DNA of 61,295 nt from Candidatus Omnitrophota bacterium (GCA_028865345.1 JAGWKL010000001.1:1-61295), one strand, 5' to 3'; positions 1-9,435 are shown, counted from the stretch's first letter. A program made the numbers and translations. Notes: generated by a model from the sequence alone, not told the origin.

Positions 1-2
1 CC

Positions 3-116
3 AAAGACCTGGAGCTGACCATCCATCCGCATCCCACCCTGTCGGAAACCAACATGGGCGCGGCCGAAATCTTCTTCGGCAACAGCACGGACATCTTCAA
101 ACCTAAGAAATCTTGA
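3..116 (+). CDS. lpdA: dihydrolipoyl dehydrogenase, C-terminal fragment (gene starts left of window)
   Basis: Frame +3 reads KDLELTIHPHPTLSETNMGAAEIFFGNSTDIFKPKKS-stop (TGA 114-116). H-x-H-P-T-L-S-E is the C-terminal His/Glu signature of Lpd-type flavoprotein disulfide reductases. Confidence 0.6.
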   Translation, partial: KDLELTIHPHPTLSETNMGAAEIFFGNSTDIFKPKKS

Positions 117-125
117 TAACCAGCA

Positions 126-397
126 TATAAGGGATAAATTTGTTCTTCGAGCGACACTTCGATTTTTAGCTGCCGCATGCCGAGCGAACGAGGGAAGCCC
201 GAGGCTTTTGGCCGCGGGCTGGCCAAACTTGTTCGAGCTTTGAAGTTCCAAGAGAACTTCAAAGCGAGTTGTTTGGCCACCGAGTGAGCGAGGATCGGCA
301 GCGGCCGCCGAAGGCGGCAAAAAAGATTCCCTGTTTTTTGCTCAGCATTAGTTCAGCTAATGCGAGTGGAGCGAGAAGAATAAATTTATCCCGTATA
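126..397. repeat. structured inverted-repeat element, copy A (related copy at 28176-28397)
   Basis: The ends are inverted complements (TATAAGGGATAAATTTGTTCTT ... AAGAATAAATTTATCCCGTATA). Long blocks are near-identical to 28176-28397. Internal hairpins are GCTTTGAAGTTC/GAACTTCAAAGC and AGCCCG/CGGGCT. It lies between the convergent 3' ends of lpdA and the GT-C gene. Confidence 0.8.
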
Positions 398-402
398 AGA
401 AG

Positions 403-1833
403 TTACCACTCGTGCCGGGCCTGGAGTTCCCTATACAATCCCCACCAGATATCGTGGGCCTGTTTGCAGGTGAGCCCCAGACGGTGTTCCATGAAATAGA
501 TGCAGTGGTAGTTCTGACGGTGAAAAACAAGCAGAAATTTCTTCCAGTCTTCCCGGGTCTTGAGGCTTTCGGCTGCGTCCTTGATCCAGTAATCGAACAT
601 GCCCTTGCTCTGGACGGGATAAACCGTAAAATACTGGTACACTAACACTGCGCCGGACAATATCCCCACCAGGGCAAGGACTGGCCACAGGGCCTTCACG
701 CATTCCGCCGCCCAATACCACATGCACCCCGTGAACAACATCATAAAGGGCCATGAGCCGCAGATGCGCAGCGCGTGAGGCAGCTCCTGATTGGTCAAGG
801 CTGAAGGAATGATGCCGATAAAAAAATTGACGGCTAAAAATACAAGCCAGCACTTGTGTTTGACCACGGGGTTGCCGGCCCAAGACCGCCGGACGACGGC
901 CAACACCCCAAAAACCAGAAGTATCACCAAAGCCGCGATATCAAACCAGCTGAATATGCCCAGATGCCTGGTCGAGTGCACGTAAGAAGGGTCTCCGGTC
1001 AGGAAAAGGAAATTTGGGGTTAAATGCAAAAGATAGTTGTGGATAAATATGCGGAAGATGTCCCAGGGCGTTCCGGCACTACCTATGGAGTGCAGGTAAT
1101 CCTTGTTCCAGATGCTTATGTCGTTAAAACGCCGGGCTAAACCGCCGTTTATGTACTGCTCTGCCATGGGTAGCAGGGACAAAATAAACACCACGCTTAA
1201 GCTAAGACAGGGCGGCCAGCGGATAGGACGCCGCCTCCAGTCATACCACAAAAGCGTTATCATCATTAACGGTATTTGTAGCCTTGCCGGCGGATAAGAA
1301 TACATGGCGCAGGAAAAAAGAAAACCGGCGATCGCCCAATCCCACCACCGGCCGCTACGCCAGAAAAAATACAGCCCCCAAACGGCAAAGGTGGGGGCAA
1401 AATACGATTCCAGGGCCACTCTTGTCACCACCCACGCCCAAGGCGAACAGGTGGCGGCAAGCACAACCACACAGGCAGCAGCCTTTCCAAAAAGTTTCTT
1501 GGTCAGGAAAAACAGCCCCAAAATACCTACCAATAACATAAAGACACTATAGCCCCTTAAACTGGGGACCGTTGCCCCGAATATTTTGGCCCAAATGATC
1601 CCGGGATAAACATAGGTCGGAGGTTTGTCCTGGCCGTATTCCATAGACCCGAACAGCGGCCAGGGATCGAGCTCGACATCACAGCCCATCTGGGCAAAAC
1701 ACTGCACCGTGTCGGCCGACCCCACTTCGTCGACATGATATCCGTAGGGGATACTGTCCAACTTCCAAAACCTCAGGACATTAAAGACCACGACGGCCAA
1801 GAGAATAAGAACAAGGGCGGTTTTCTTTAACAT
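403..1833 (-). CDS. polytopic membrane glycosyltransferase, ArnT/PMT-like (GT-C fold, GT39/GT83 type)
   Basis: 476-aa ORF. N-terminal TM followed by an acidic first loop (YHVDEVGSAD) and more than 10 hydrophobic segments, the overall pattern of ArnT/PMT_2 family proteins. Confidence 0.55.
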   Translation of the reverse strand: MLKKTALVLILLAVVVFNVLRFWKLDSIPYGYHVDEVGSADTVQCFAQMGCDVELDPWPLFGSMEYGQDKPPTYVYPGIIWAKIFGATVPSLRGYSVFMLLVGILGLFFLTKKLFGKAAACVVVLAATCSPWAWVVTRVALESYFAPTFAVWGLYFFWRSGRWWDWAIAGFLFSCAMYSYPPARLQIPLMMITLLWYDWRRRPIRWPPCLSLSVVFILSLLPMAEQYINGGLARRFNDISIWNKDYLHSIGSAGTPWDIFRIFIHNYLLHLTPNFLFLTGDPSYVHSTRHLGIFSWFDIAALVILLVFGVLAVVRRSWAGNPVVKHKCWLVFLAVNFFIGIIPSALTNQELPHALRICGSWPFMMLFTGCMWYWAAECVKALWPVLALVGILSGAVLVYQYFTVYPVQSKGMFDYWIKDAAESLKTREDWKKFLLVFHRQNYHCIYFMEHRLGLTCKQAHDIWWGLYRELQARHEW

Positions 1834-1881
1834 GAAGGGGAAATTACAAAAGGCGATGATGGCATAAAAGACAGTTGCGCA

Positions 1882-2253
1882 TTAAATTTCTTCGCCGATG
1901 GCCTCGAACACGGCGCGGCGTATGTCGTCGACTTCAAAAGGCTTTTTTAAACAGTTCACGGCGCCCAGGCGGCCGGCCTGCCGGATTTTCTCATCCAGGG
2001 TATAACCGCTCATCATCACCACCGCAAGACTTGGGACGATCTCCTTGATTTCTTTGAGGACTGCAACACCGTCATGGTCCGGCATCATCATGTCCATAAA
2101 GGCGATATCAAATTCCTGGGCTTGCACAGCCTGCAGGGCATGCGGCAAATCATGGGTAACGGTGATATGGTGGCCGTAATATCCCATGGTCAGGTCGAAA
2201 AAATCGCCTATGACCTTTTTATCGTCGACAACCAAAATGTTAAGATGCTTCAT
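1882..2253 (-). CDS. single-domain response regulator (receiver only)
   Basis: ILVVDD ... phospho-acceptor D in FMDMMMPDHDG ... MMSGY ... KKPF. No output domain. Start taken at MKHLNIL (the ORF track extends to 2280). Overlaps the upstream kinase stop. Confidence 0.85.
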   Translation of the reverse strand: MKHLNILVVDDKKVIGDFFDLTMGYYGHHITVTHDLPHALQAVQAQEFDIAFMDMMMPDHDGVAVLKEIKEIVPSLAVVMMSGYTLDEKIRQAGRLGAVNCLKKPFEVDDIRRAVFEAIGEEI

Positions 2254-3118
2254 GTCCCGCCTCCTGCTCAATTTTATCAAGACCGACGCACGGCATTTTT
2301 ATGGTAAAGACCGTACCCTCCCCGCCGCTGTGCACGCTGATGGTACCCCCGTGCTCATTGATGAGGTCATAGCACAAGGCAAGCCCGATCCCGGAGCCCT
2401 GGGCTTTCGTCGAGAAAAACGGGTCGAAAATCTTGGAAATATGTTCGCTGTCAATGCCCGGTCCGTTGTCCTGAACAGTGATGACCACCTGCCGGTTTTC
2501 CTGATCGTACCGGGAGGTCACCAGCAAGGTGCGCAGGGCCCCGTGCGGCAGTTCGCTGGCGGCTTCCATGGCATTGACAACCAGGTTCATAAACACCTGC
2601 TGCAAATGCAGGGCGTCCCCGTACACCATCGGCATCTGGTCGGACAACTGGACGTCCCAGCCGATGCGGCGTATGCGCAACTCGTCTAAAAGCAAATTCA
2701 TGGACTTGTAAATGACGTCGTTGATGTTAATGGGGGATTTTTGGATTTTCCGGTGCCGGATCAATTCCATCAAATTCGCCAGCATGTCCTTGATATAAAA
2801 AGACTGCTCGTCCATGACGCAAACGGGCTTATAAAAAGGGGAATTGATGTCCATTTCCTTCTTCATAAAGCGCAAAAAACCGTGGATGGCCGTGATCGGC
2901 TGGCTGATCTGATGCAGAAGGCCGGCGCTTAAAGCGGCAACCGCCCCCTTTTTACCGCTGTCCATTAATTTGACCTGGGCGGCTTTAAGTTCCTTGATCG
3001 CGGATTCCAACTGTTCGTTTTTTCGTTTAAGCTCGCGGTTGAGCCGGATATTTTGGATAAAGAACCAGCATAAGACAATAGCAAGGCTGACGTCGATGAC
3101 AGCGAAAAGATGGAACAT
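2240..3118 (-). CDS. sensor histidine kinase (one TM, coiled coil, HisKA, HATPase_c)
   Basis: N-terminal TM, H-box LLHQISQPITAIHGF, N-box NLVVNAMEA, G-boxes DNGPGI and GSGIGLALC. Confidence 0.85.
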   Translation of the reverse strand: MFHLFAVIDVSLAIVLCWFFIQNIRLNRELKRKNEQLESAIKELKAAQVKLMDSGKKGAVAALSAGLLHQISQPITAIHGFLRFMKKEMDINSPFYKPVCVMDEQSFYIKDMLANLMELIRHRKIQKSPININDVIYKSMNLLLDELRIRRIGWDVQLSDQMPMVYGDALHLQQVFMNLVVNAMEAASELPHGALRTLLVTSRYDQENRQVVITVQDNGPGIDSEHISKIFDPFFSTKAQGSGIGLALCYDLINEHGGTISVHSGGEGTVFTIKMPCVGLDKIEQEAGHEAS

Positions 3119-3170
3119 TGCCTTATTTTAAATAATAAAGAAGAGGAATTCAGCTTATTTTTCTAAAATA

Positions 3171-3638
3171 TCATCCCCGCCCTGCGGCCTTCAGAGGGGG
3201 CAAATCAAGTTTGTCCCCTGTTTTCCAATGATGGGCGGCGGTAAAACCGCTGTTAAGTTCCAGGACATAGCGGGCATCGAAATCAGGAGTATACACCGGG
3301 CAAGGGTCTTTAACGCAGGCGGGAATGTTGCGGCCGATATAAAGGATGCGGCCCTCCGTGCTGATCCACAGGATGTCCAGATTGAAACGCATGTTCTTCA
3401 TCCAGAATGACTGTTCCCCCGGGGCCGCGAAAACAAAGAGCATGCCTTTATCCGCAGCCATACCGGTACGGTACATGAGCCCGCGTTCCATGTCCGCTTC
3501 TTTTGAGACCACTTCCACGTTCACACAATCCTTCTGATGGCACACTTGAGGCGGCGCAGCTTGGGCACGGGCAAAGTTAAAAAAAATACAAGAGAAGATA
3601 AGACCTTTGAAAATCATTTTCGAAGGGCTTGCCATCAT
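3171..3638 (-). CDS. DUF192 family secreted protein
   Basis: Signal-like N-terminus MMASPSKMIFKGLIFSCIFFNFARAQA. MLFVF ... FWMKNMRFNLDILWI ... YVLELNSG matches the DUF192 (COG1430) pattern. Start moved to M26, giving a 4-nt overlap with the maf stop. Confidence 0.6.
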   Translation of the reverse strand: MMASPSKMIFKGLIFSCIFFNFARAQAAPPQVCHQKDCVNVEVVSKEADMERGLMYRTGMAADKGMLFVFAAPGEQSFWMKNMRFNLDILWISTEGRILYIGRNIPACVKDPCPVYTPDFDARYVLELNSGFTAAHHWKTGDKLDLPPLKAAGRG

Positions 3639-4213
3639 AATACTTTCACTCCAAATTTCCCCAACATAGCCGCCAACCTCGCCAAAGGCAGGCCCACCAC
3701 GTTGAAATAGCATCCTTCGATGCGCGGGATAAAAAGCGCCCCTCTGCCCTCGATATCGAAACCCCCGGCTTTGTCCAAAGGGGAAACCAGGCGATGGTAG
3801 CGGTCGATCTGTTGATCGGAAAGCCCGGTCATGAACACCTTGGTCTTTTCCACCCCAAGCAGCTTACGGCCGCCGGCGGCATCCACCAGCGCCAATCCGG
3901 AATAAACCCAATGCGGTTTGGACATCAGCTCCTTGAGATTTTCTTTGGCTTCCTTTAAATTTTTAGGTTTAAGGACCAGCCGGCCGCGGGGCACATACAC
4001 CACGGTGTCCGTCCCGATGACGATCCCCGCACGGTAATGTTTGGCCACGTCGAGAGCTTTGAGCAGGGCATTGGCCTTGACCAAATGGGCGCAATCGCGG
4101 CTCATGGTGGAAATTTCCTTCACCCGGCTGGGGCGCACGATAAAAGGCAGCCCTAATATTTTCATGAGTTTCCGGCGCTGGGGACTGGCCGAGGCCAGGA
4201 TGATCTTTTTCAT
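3635..4213 (-). CDS. maf: Maf-like nucleoside triphosphate pyrophosphatase
   Basis: ILASASPQRRKLM ... GTDTVV ... DKAGGFDIEG ... NVVGLP: typical Maf motifs. Confidence 0.85.
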   Translation of the reverse strand: MKKIILASASPQRRKLMKILGLPFIVRPSRVKEISTMSRDCAHLVKANALLKALDVAKHYRAGIVIGTDTVVYVPRGRLVLKPKNLKEAKENLKELMSKPHWVYSGLALVDAAGGRKLLGVEKTKVFMTGLSDQQIDRYHRLVSPLDKAGGFDIEGRGALFIPRIEGCYFNVVGLPLARLAAMLGKFGVKVL

Positions 4214-4767
4214 TCCAGGAATTGGGAAATGGTAAAGATGGATTGCAAAGGCACATGGAAGCGGTCCAGGGCCTCGCGGGCGCCTTCGCAGCGGTCGATG
4301 ACACAGATGGCCTTTTGGATTCTGACATTCAACTTCTGCAGCACTTCAACGGATTCCACAAACGCTTTGCCGGTGGTGGCCACATCGTCGATGATCACCA
4401 CACTGCTGCCCTCTTTAAGCAAAGGGCCTTCCACCTGCTGCTGTTTGCCGTGCGCCTTGGGGCTTTTACGGATGATAAAGGTGTTGAGGGGCGGACCTTC
4501 CTGAAAACTTAAAGAAGCGATGGCGCCCACCATGGGGTCTGCGCCCAGGGTGGGCCCGCCGATGGCATCGGGCCTCTGGCCTTTAACCATGTCCAGCATG
4601 ATGCGCGCGCACAGATAAGCCCCGGGGGCCGACAGCGTCACGAGCCTGGCGTCCAGATAAAAACTGCTCTCTTTACCCGACGACAAAATGAACCTGCCCC
4701 GCGAAAAAGCATGGGTTTTCAGAAGACGGAACAATTCACCTTTGTCGGCTTCGATGGAGGTCGGCAT
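4210..4767 (-). CDS. pyrE: orotate phosphoribosyltransferase
   Basis: FILSSGKESSFYLD and PRPP-binding loop VVIIDDVATTGKA. Confidence 0.85.
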   Translation of the reverse strand: MPTSIEADKGELFRLLKTHAFSRGRFILSSGKESSFYLDARLVTLSAPGAYLCARIMLDMVKGQRPDAIGGPTLGADPMVGAIASLSFQEGPPLNTFIIRKSPKAHGKQQQVEGPLLKEGSSVVIIDDVATTGKAFVESVEVLQKLNVRIQKAICVIDRCEGAREALDRFHVPLQSIFTISQFLE

Positions 4768-5064
4768 TTAAAATTGAGGGAGCTCCAAGTTACGGTTATG
4801 GATCTCGACCAACAACTCGAGCCTGTACTTGAGCAGGTCCTTATAATCCTTGTATTCTTTGGGGCTGAACCCTGAAGTGGTGTGGAAAAGCTTGCTGGCA
4901 TCGAGCTCCACGACGGTATTTTCATAGGCGTCGACCAGCTGGTCATCGGTCAGCTTGGCAATGTCCGCCCTGTTTAAAATAGTCACATCCGAGGGATAGT
5001 CGGCCATCGCGAAAGAGGTCAAACTTAAGACCAGCATTACCCCTAAGGCAAATTTTTTGAACAT
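4768..5064 (-). CDS. small secreted hypothetical protein
   Basis: Start at MFKKFALGVMLVLSLTSFAMA (signal peptide) with AAGGAG 5 nt upstream. No recognisable domain. Confidence 0.5.
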   Translation of the reverse strand: MFKKFALGVMLVLSLTSFAMADYPSDVTILNRADIAKLTDDQLVDAYENTVVELDASKLFHTTSGFSPKEYKDYKDLLKYRLELLVEIHNRNLELPQF

Positions 5065-5093
5065 ACGACTCCTTGATTGGTTGATTAAACAAA

Positions 5094-5597
5094 TCAATTA
5101 TATGGTAATAGTATGCGGTGTGTCAAGTCATGCGGCACAGTCTTTGAAGCACGGATCGTTTCACCCGTTTTGATGACGCCTTCCCTTAGGACTTGGGCAT
5201 AAAAACCGCAACGGCCCGCGATCTTTTCCTTAAGCAGCGGATCTATGGCGTCCAAAACATAACAGGGCTTGCGTTCTTTGGTCAATTCCAGGACCGCTCC
5301 CCCTTCAAATTCCAAAACCGCGCCGACACTTAAACGTTGGACATGCAAATGGCGCACCACCAGATTTTCCCCCGTTGTCCCATAATAAAGGGGAAAACCC
5401 TCACGCCGCAACTGCTCAAGATTTTCCTCATCCTGAAGGGAGACGGCTTGCATGGGAGTGTTGTGTTTGGCATGATTATGCCCGTCATTGTCCAATCCGG
5501 CCCATGAGACCCGCGCGAAGTTTTGCGGATACTTGGGTATCCCGCCGCCGGAAATGCAAACGGCAACCACCTGAGGCAATGGTGTGATCTCACGCAT
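5094..5597 (-). CDS. MOSC domain protein
   Basis: GLDNDGHNH ... [10 protein letters not shown] ... GENLVV ... [14 protein letters not shown] ... [16 protein letters not shown]: YiiM/MOSC-like beta-barrel pattern with a conserved Cys. Start taken at MREITPL. Confidence 0.65.
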   Translation of the reverse strand: MREITPLPQVVAVCISGGGIPKYPQNFARVSWAGLDNDGHNHAKHNTPMQAVSLQDEENLEQLRREGFPLYYGTTGENLVVRHLHVQRLSVGAVLEFEGGAVLELTKERKPCYVLDAIDPLLKEKIAGRCGFYAQVLREGVIKTGETIRASKTVPHDLTHRILLPYN

Positions 5598-7785
5598 AAT
5601 AAGGTCCTTTGGACAGGCGGGCTGCCGCCATCTTATAGGAAGGCTGGTAAGAATAAGGATCAAAAGACGGCATTGTCAAATGATTGGTCAGTTCATAATG
5701 CATGGGCATAAATAATTGTCCCTGTTGGATGCCGGCTGTCACCAGCGCCCTGACCTTGACCTGCCCCCGGCGGGTGGTAATATAGACATACTGCCCGTCT
5801 TTGATACTGAACTTGCAGGCATCCTCAGGGTTAATTTCAACATAAGCTCCGGATGGATACATTTTACGCAAAACGGCGGATTTGCCCGTCCGTGTCTGTG
5901 TATGCCATTGAGATGATGTCCCCCGCCCGGTCAAAAGAACAAACGGGAATTGTCCGCAGGTCTCTTCCGGGGCGGGCCGTGGATCTTCGACAAGGAACTT
6001 GGCTTTACCGTCCGGATAAAAGTATTTCCCGTTTTCAAAAAGACGGCGCTCATTATTTTCCAATGATGCGCCTTCAGGGAACGGCCACTGGATGCCGCCC
6101 GATCGTTCAATCATGGCATAATCGCCGATCCCGGTAAAATCACACGGCGTGCCCCGCGAAATTTCTTTTAGAATTCCGAAAACTTTTTCCGGGGTCTGCC
6201 ACTCTTTGAAAAGCTCCTCGCATCCCCAATAGCGGGCAATGAGTTTAAAAATATAAAAATCGGCCAAAGCTTCGCCCGGCGCCTGAGCGACTTTTCTAAG
6301 AAGGCCGAAACGCCTCTCTGAATTGATGAACGTCCCTTCTTTTTCCCCCCAGCCGGCCGCCGGCAGGATCAAATCCGCCGCCTGCGCGGTTTGGCTGGTA
6401 TGATACATATCCTGCACCACAAGGAATTCGAGGTTCTTTAAAATTTGCTTGAATTCCCGGCTGGCTATCCAGGAATGAACGGGATTGGTGGCGATGATCC
6501 ATAACCCTTTTATCTTTCCAAGGGCGATCTGTTCAATGATCTGGTTATAAGGCAAACTGTTTTCGGCAGGGATGAGAGACTCATCCATTTTAAGGATCTT
6601 GGCTATCCTGCCGCGATGTTGCGGGTTTTGAAAATCATGGTGACCCAGCAGATTTGTCGTATTGCTGAAAAGCCGTGACCCCATGGCATTGCATTGTCCT
6701 GTGATGGAATTGGCCCCGGTGCCGGGCCGGCCGATATTGCCCGTCATCAGCGCCAAATTAATGATGGCCTGCGCGGTACGCACGGCCTCGTGGCCTTGGT
6801 TAACGCCCACCATCCACCAGAAGGAAACGCGCTTGCCCTGGTGGATAAGGCCGGCCAACTCCTCTATTTGACCGGCAGAAAGGCCTGTCCGTCGGCTGAC
6901 ATATCCCGGCGTATATTCCTGGACATGGCGCCGCACTTCTTCAAAACCCGCCGTATGCCGGTCAATATAAACTTGATCGATCCAGCCGCGTTTGATCAGG
7001 ACATGGGCCAAACCGTACAACAGGACCAGATCACTTTTAGGTTTCAACGCATAATGATGGGTGGCGGCCATTGCCGTCTCTGTTTTGCGCGGATCAAGGA
7101 CCACGACCGTGGGCCGGTGCGGATTACGGCAGACCCTCTGCCACATGATCGGGTGCGCTATGCAAGGATTGGCGCCGACGAAGATCAGACAATCGCTCTC
7201 TTCAAAGTCCCGGTAGGTGAACGGCGGAGCATCAAACCCGAAAGATTGCTTGTAGGCGACCGCTGCCGTTGCCATACACTGCCGGGTATTCCCGTCCCCA
7301 TGGACCATGCCCATGCCGAATTTGGCCAGGGCGCCCAAATAAGCCATCTCTTCGACGGGTATCTGCCCTGTGCTCAAAAAGGCAATGCTGTCACGGCCCC
7401 AACGGCCCTGAATATCTTTAAAACGGCTGACAAAGGTCCTTAAAGCAGTGTCCCATTTGACCGCCTCCAGCCTCCCATGACCCTTGCGCAGATATGGCGT
7501 CGTAGCGCGGTCATTCGCCCAAAGAGGCGTCAGGGCCTCCCATCCTTTAGGGCAGGCTTCTCCTGAATTGACGGGATAGCCGTGTGTGGGCGTTAAATTA
7601 ACCGCCTTACCGTTCTTGAGGTGCACATCCAGACTGCAGCCCGTCGAACAAAAACCGCACACCACACGTACGAGCCTCTCCGGCATAAGACGCTGCGGCA
7701 ACATCCCCAGCGCAGAGGGCTTCAACTCAAGCTCGTCGCTCAAAGGTCCGGTCCTTTGATATATCAAATCTTTAAGTTGTTGCAT
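5590..7785 (-). CDS. nasA: molybdopterin oxidoreductase, assimilatory (NasA/NarB-type) nitrate reductase catalytic subunit
   Basis: 731 aa. N-terminal 4Fe-4S motif CGFCSTGCS ... ACPKG. No twin-arginine leader. Size and context (nirBD, narK in the same operon) fit Nas/NarB. Confidence 0.7.
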   Translation of the reverse strand: MQQLKDLIYQRTGPLSDELELKPSALGMLPQRLMPERLVRVVCGFCSTGCSLDVHLKNGKAVNLTPTHGYPVNSGEACPKGWEALTPLWANDRATTPYLRKGHGRLEAVKWDTALRTFVSRFKDIQGRWGRDSIAFLSTGQIPVEEMAYLGALAKFGMGMVHGDGNTRQCMATAAVAYKQSFGFDAPPFTYRDFEESDCLIFVGANPCIAHPIMWQRVCRNPHRPTVVVLDPRKTETAMAATHHYALKPKSDLVLLYGLAHVLIKRGWIDQVYIDRHTAGFEEVRRHVQEYTPGYVSRRTGLSAGQIEELAGLIHQGKRVSFWWMVGVNQGHEAVRTAQAIINLALMTGNIGRPGTGANSITGQCNAMGSRLFSNTTNLLGHHDFQNPQHRGRIAKILKMDESLIPAENSLPYNQIIEQIALGKIKGLWIIATNPVHSWIASREFKQILKNLEFLVVQDMYHTSQTAQAADLILPAAGWGEKEGTFINSERRFGLLRKVAQAPGEALADFYIFKLIARYWGCEELFKEWQTPEKVFGILKEISRGTPCDFTGIGDYAMIERSGGIQWPFPEGASLENNERRLFENGKYFYPDGKAKFLVEDPRPAPEETCGQFPFVLLTGRGTSSQWHTQTRTGKSAVLRKMYPSGAYVEINPEDACKFSIKDGQYVYITTRRGQVKVRALVTAGIQQGQLFMPMHYELTNHLTMPSFDPYSYQPSYKMAAARLSKGPYYA

Positions 7786-7788
7786 AAA

Positions 7789-9435
7789 TTATTGCGGCAT
7801 CTTCAAGGGAATGACCGCCCTAAAGAACAGATACCTTTCCATCATCTCTGCGGCCGTCAGGGCAACCAACATCATCCAAACCCAGACTAAAATGCCCGTC
7901 ACGGTTAAATGACCGCTGACTGTGAGAAACAAGGCCGGCATTAAAATCCCTCCGATGGCCCCATAAACAAATCGTTGTATGGTCCATACTTTCAAATGTA
8001 CCGTCATCAACACGGCGCTTTTCTTGAGAGATGTCATGCCGGGCCGGCGCAATTGGGAAAATAAAGAAGCCTCAACAAGCATTTTGACCATGCTTAACAG
8101 GACCATCGCCGCGGCCAATGGCCCCCCCACGCTTTGTATCATGAAAGTCAAGGAAGGCGATTCCCAGGCGCAAGCGCTTAAAGACACCGCCATCACCGTT
8201 GCCGTTCCCAAAAGAAGCGCCGTCATAAAGAATTTAAATGTTGTTAAAGGAGTGTCCCATAATTCCCGTCGTGTATCGCGATAAACCATCACCGAGGTAA
8301 AGACCGCGAATAAACCGCAGGCTGAAACGATGTACGCAAGGGCATTGCCCTCTGCCGGCGGCAAAAAAGGATATTTTGTCTGCACGGCAAAAATAAAGGC
8401 CAAGAACGCGAAAGTCCCAAAGCTCAATATTTCACGGCTTAACCAGGAAGTCTTGAGGCCAAGAACGGCCCGGAAAGCATACTTGGGTCTGCCCAGATGA
8501 AACAAACTGGAATTGAGGGCCAAGGCGCCCACCCCCAATACCGTCCATGCATACACAGCTGAAAGCATGGAACTCAAGGCCTCCTGCACAAACTGATGGA
8601 CAACCCCTCCGGCCAGGAAGGTCCCGACGGACAATTGGGTCAATACCAGCATCACCACTAAAGGCATATGGGAATGTTCGGGTTGGAACACCCCGGCATC
8701 GATGGAACTCATCTCCGGCACAAGATTTTTAGTTGTGACATAACGTGTAGTCGGCAATGTGTAGGAAGAATGGGGGGCCTGGGGGATTTTAACAAATTCC
8801 GAAGGGGCCTTTCTGACGGTAGCTGTTTCGACCAACGTAATGCGGATAGCTTCATTGGGGCAGGCGCGTACACAAGCCGGGGCCTGGCCCGCCTTCAACC
8901 GGCTGATGCACATGTCGCATTTGTGAACGATCCCCTTTTTCTTGCTGTATTTAGGGACATCATACGGGCATTTAAGTATGCAGTACTGGCAGCCGATGCA
9001 TTGGTCATCGAGATGCTTGACCACACCCGTCGCCGGATCTTTCTCATAAGCTTTGACCGGGCAGCCGTTCATGCACGCCGGATCAAGGCAGTGATGGCAG
9101 GCGCCGGTGACATGCTGAATGGCAGGGCCTTGCGGGGTGGTGCCGCGAAGCAGGCCCACCGAACGCCAGGTTTCATCAATATCAAGGCCATTTTCATTAT
9201 GGCAGGCCGTCACACAGGCCTTGCAGCCCGTGCATTGGTCGAGATTGACTTCAAAAGCATATTGCTCTCCGGGACCAGGCGCCGTCTTGGGGATGAGCTG
9301 CTTATACCGGGAAGCCTCTTGCGGCAGTTGGCGCAGGTCCTTTTTGAAGGCGAATTCCTCCACCGCCGTCATGACCCCTGTCATGTCGGCCTGCTCTTCC
9401 AATATTTGATTGAGGAGAATCTCTTCCTGGCCCAT
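7789..9435 (-). CDS. fusion of a four-cluster 4Fe-4S ferredoxin domain (DmsB/NrfC-like) and a DmsC/YnfH-like membrane anchor
   Basis: Four Cys groups: CTGCKACVTAC, CHHCLDPACMNGC, CIGCQYCILKC, CDMC...CVRAC. These are followed by about 8 hydrophobic helices with HLGRP...SWLSREI (DmsC-like). No Tat motif. Confidence 0.7.
   Translation of the reverse strand: MGQEEILLNQILEEQADMTGVMTAVEEFAFKKDLRQLPQEASRYKQLIPKTAPGPGEQYAFEVNLDQCTGCKACVTACHNENGLDIDETWRSVGLLRGTTPQGPAIQHVTGACHHCLDPACMNGCPVKAYEKDPATGVVKHLDDQCIGCQYCILKCPYDVPKYSKKKGIVHKCDMCISRLKAGQAPACVRACPNEAIRITLVETATVRKAPSEFVKIPQAPHSSYTLPTTRYVTTKNLVPEMSSIDAGVFQPEHSHMPLVVMLVLTQLSVGTFLAGGVVHQFVQEALSSMLSAVYAWTVLGVGALALNSSLFHLGRPKYAFRAVLGLKTSWLSREILSFGTFAFLAFIFAVQTKYPFLPPAEGNALAYIVSACGLFAVFTSVMVYRDTRRELWDTPLTTFKFFMTALLLGTATVMAVSLSACAWESPSLTFMIQSVGGPLAAAMVLLSMVKMLVEASLFSQLRRPGMTSLKKSAVLMTVHLKVWTIQRFVYGAIGGILMPALFLTVSGHLTVTGILVWVWMMLVALTAAEMMERYLFFRAVIPLKMPQ

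Noticed and set aside
269-499. Small ORFs inside the structured repeats (269-499 plus strand, 28154-28423 minus strand) and inside the 98-nt repeat region (12559-12759).
   Set aside because: They are translations of repeat DNA with no conserved frame between copies. Indels between copies break the frames.
1882-3118. Two-component pair considered as the missing regulator of the nitrate operon leader.
   Set aside because: The response regulator is receiver-only (no ANTAR or DNA-binding output). The pair lies 12 kb away behind unrelated genes, next to the GT-C glycosyltransferase. No sequence evidence links it to the nirB leader.
5590-7785. Alternative readings of the molybdoenzyme as periplasmic NapA, or as a formate dehydrogenase with a selenocysteine.
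   Set aside because: There is no twin-arginine signal on either the catalytic or the FeS subunit, and no in-frame TGA. The operon context (nirBD, narK) points to cytoplasmic nitrate reduction. Without a phylogeny this cannot be excluded completely, so the substrate call is kept at moderate confidence.
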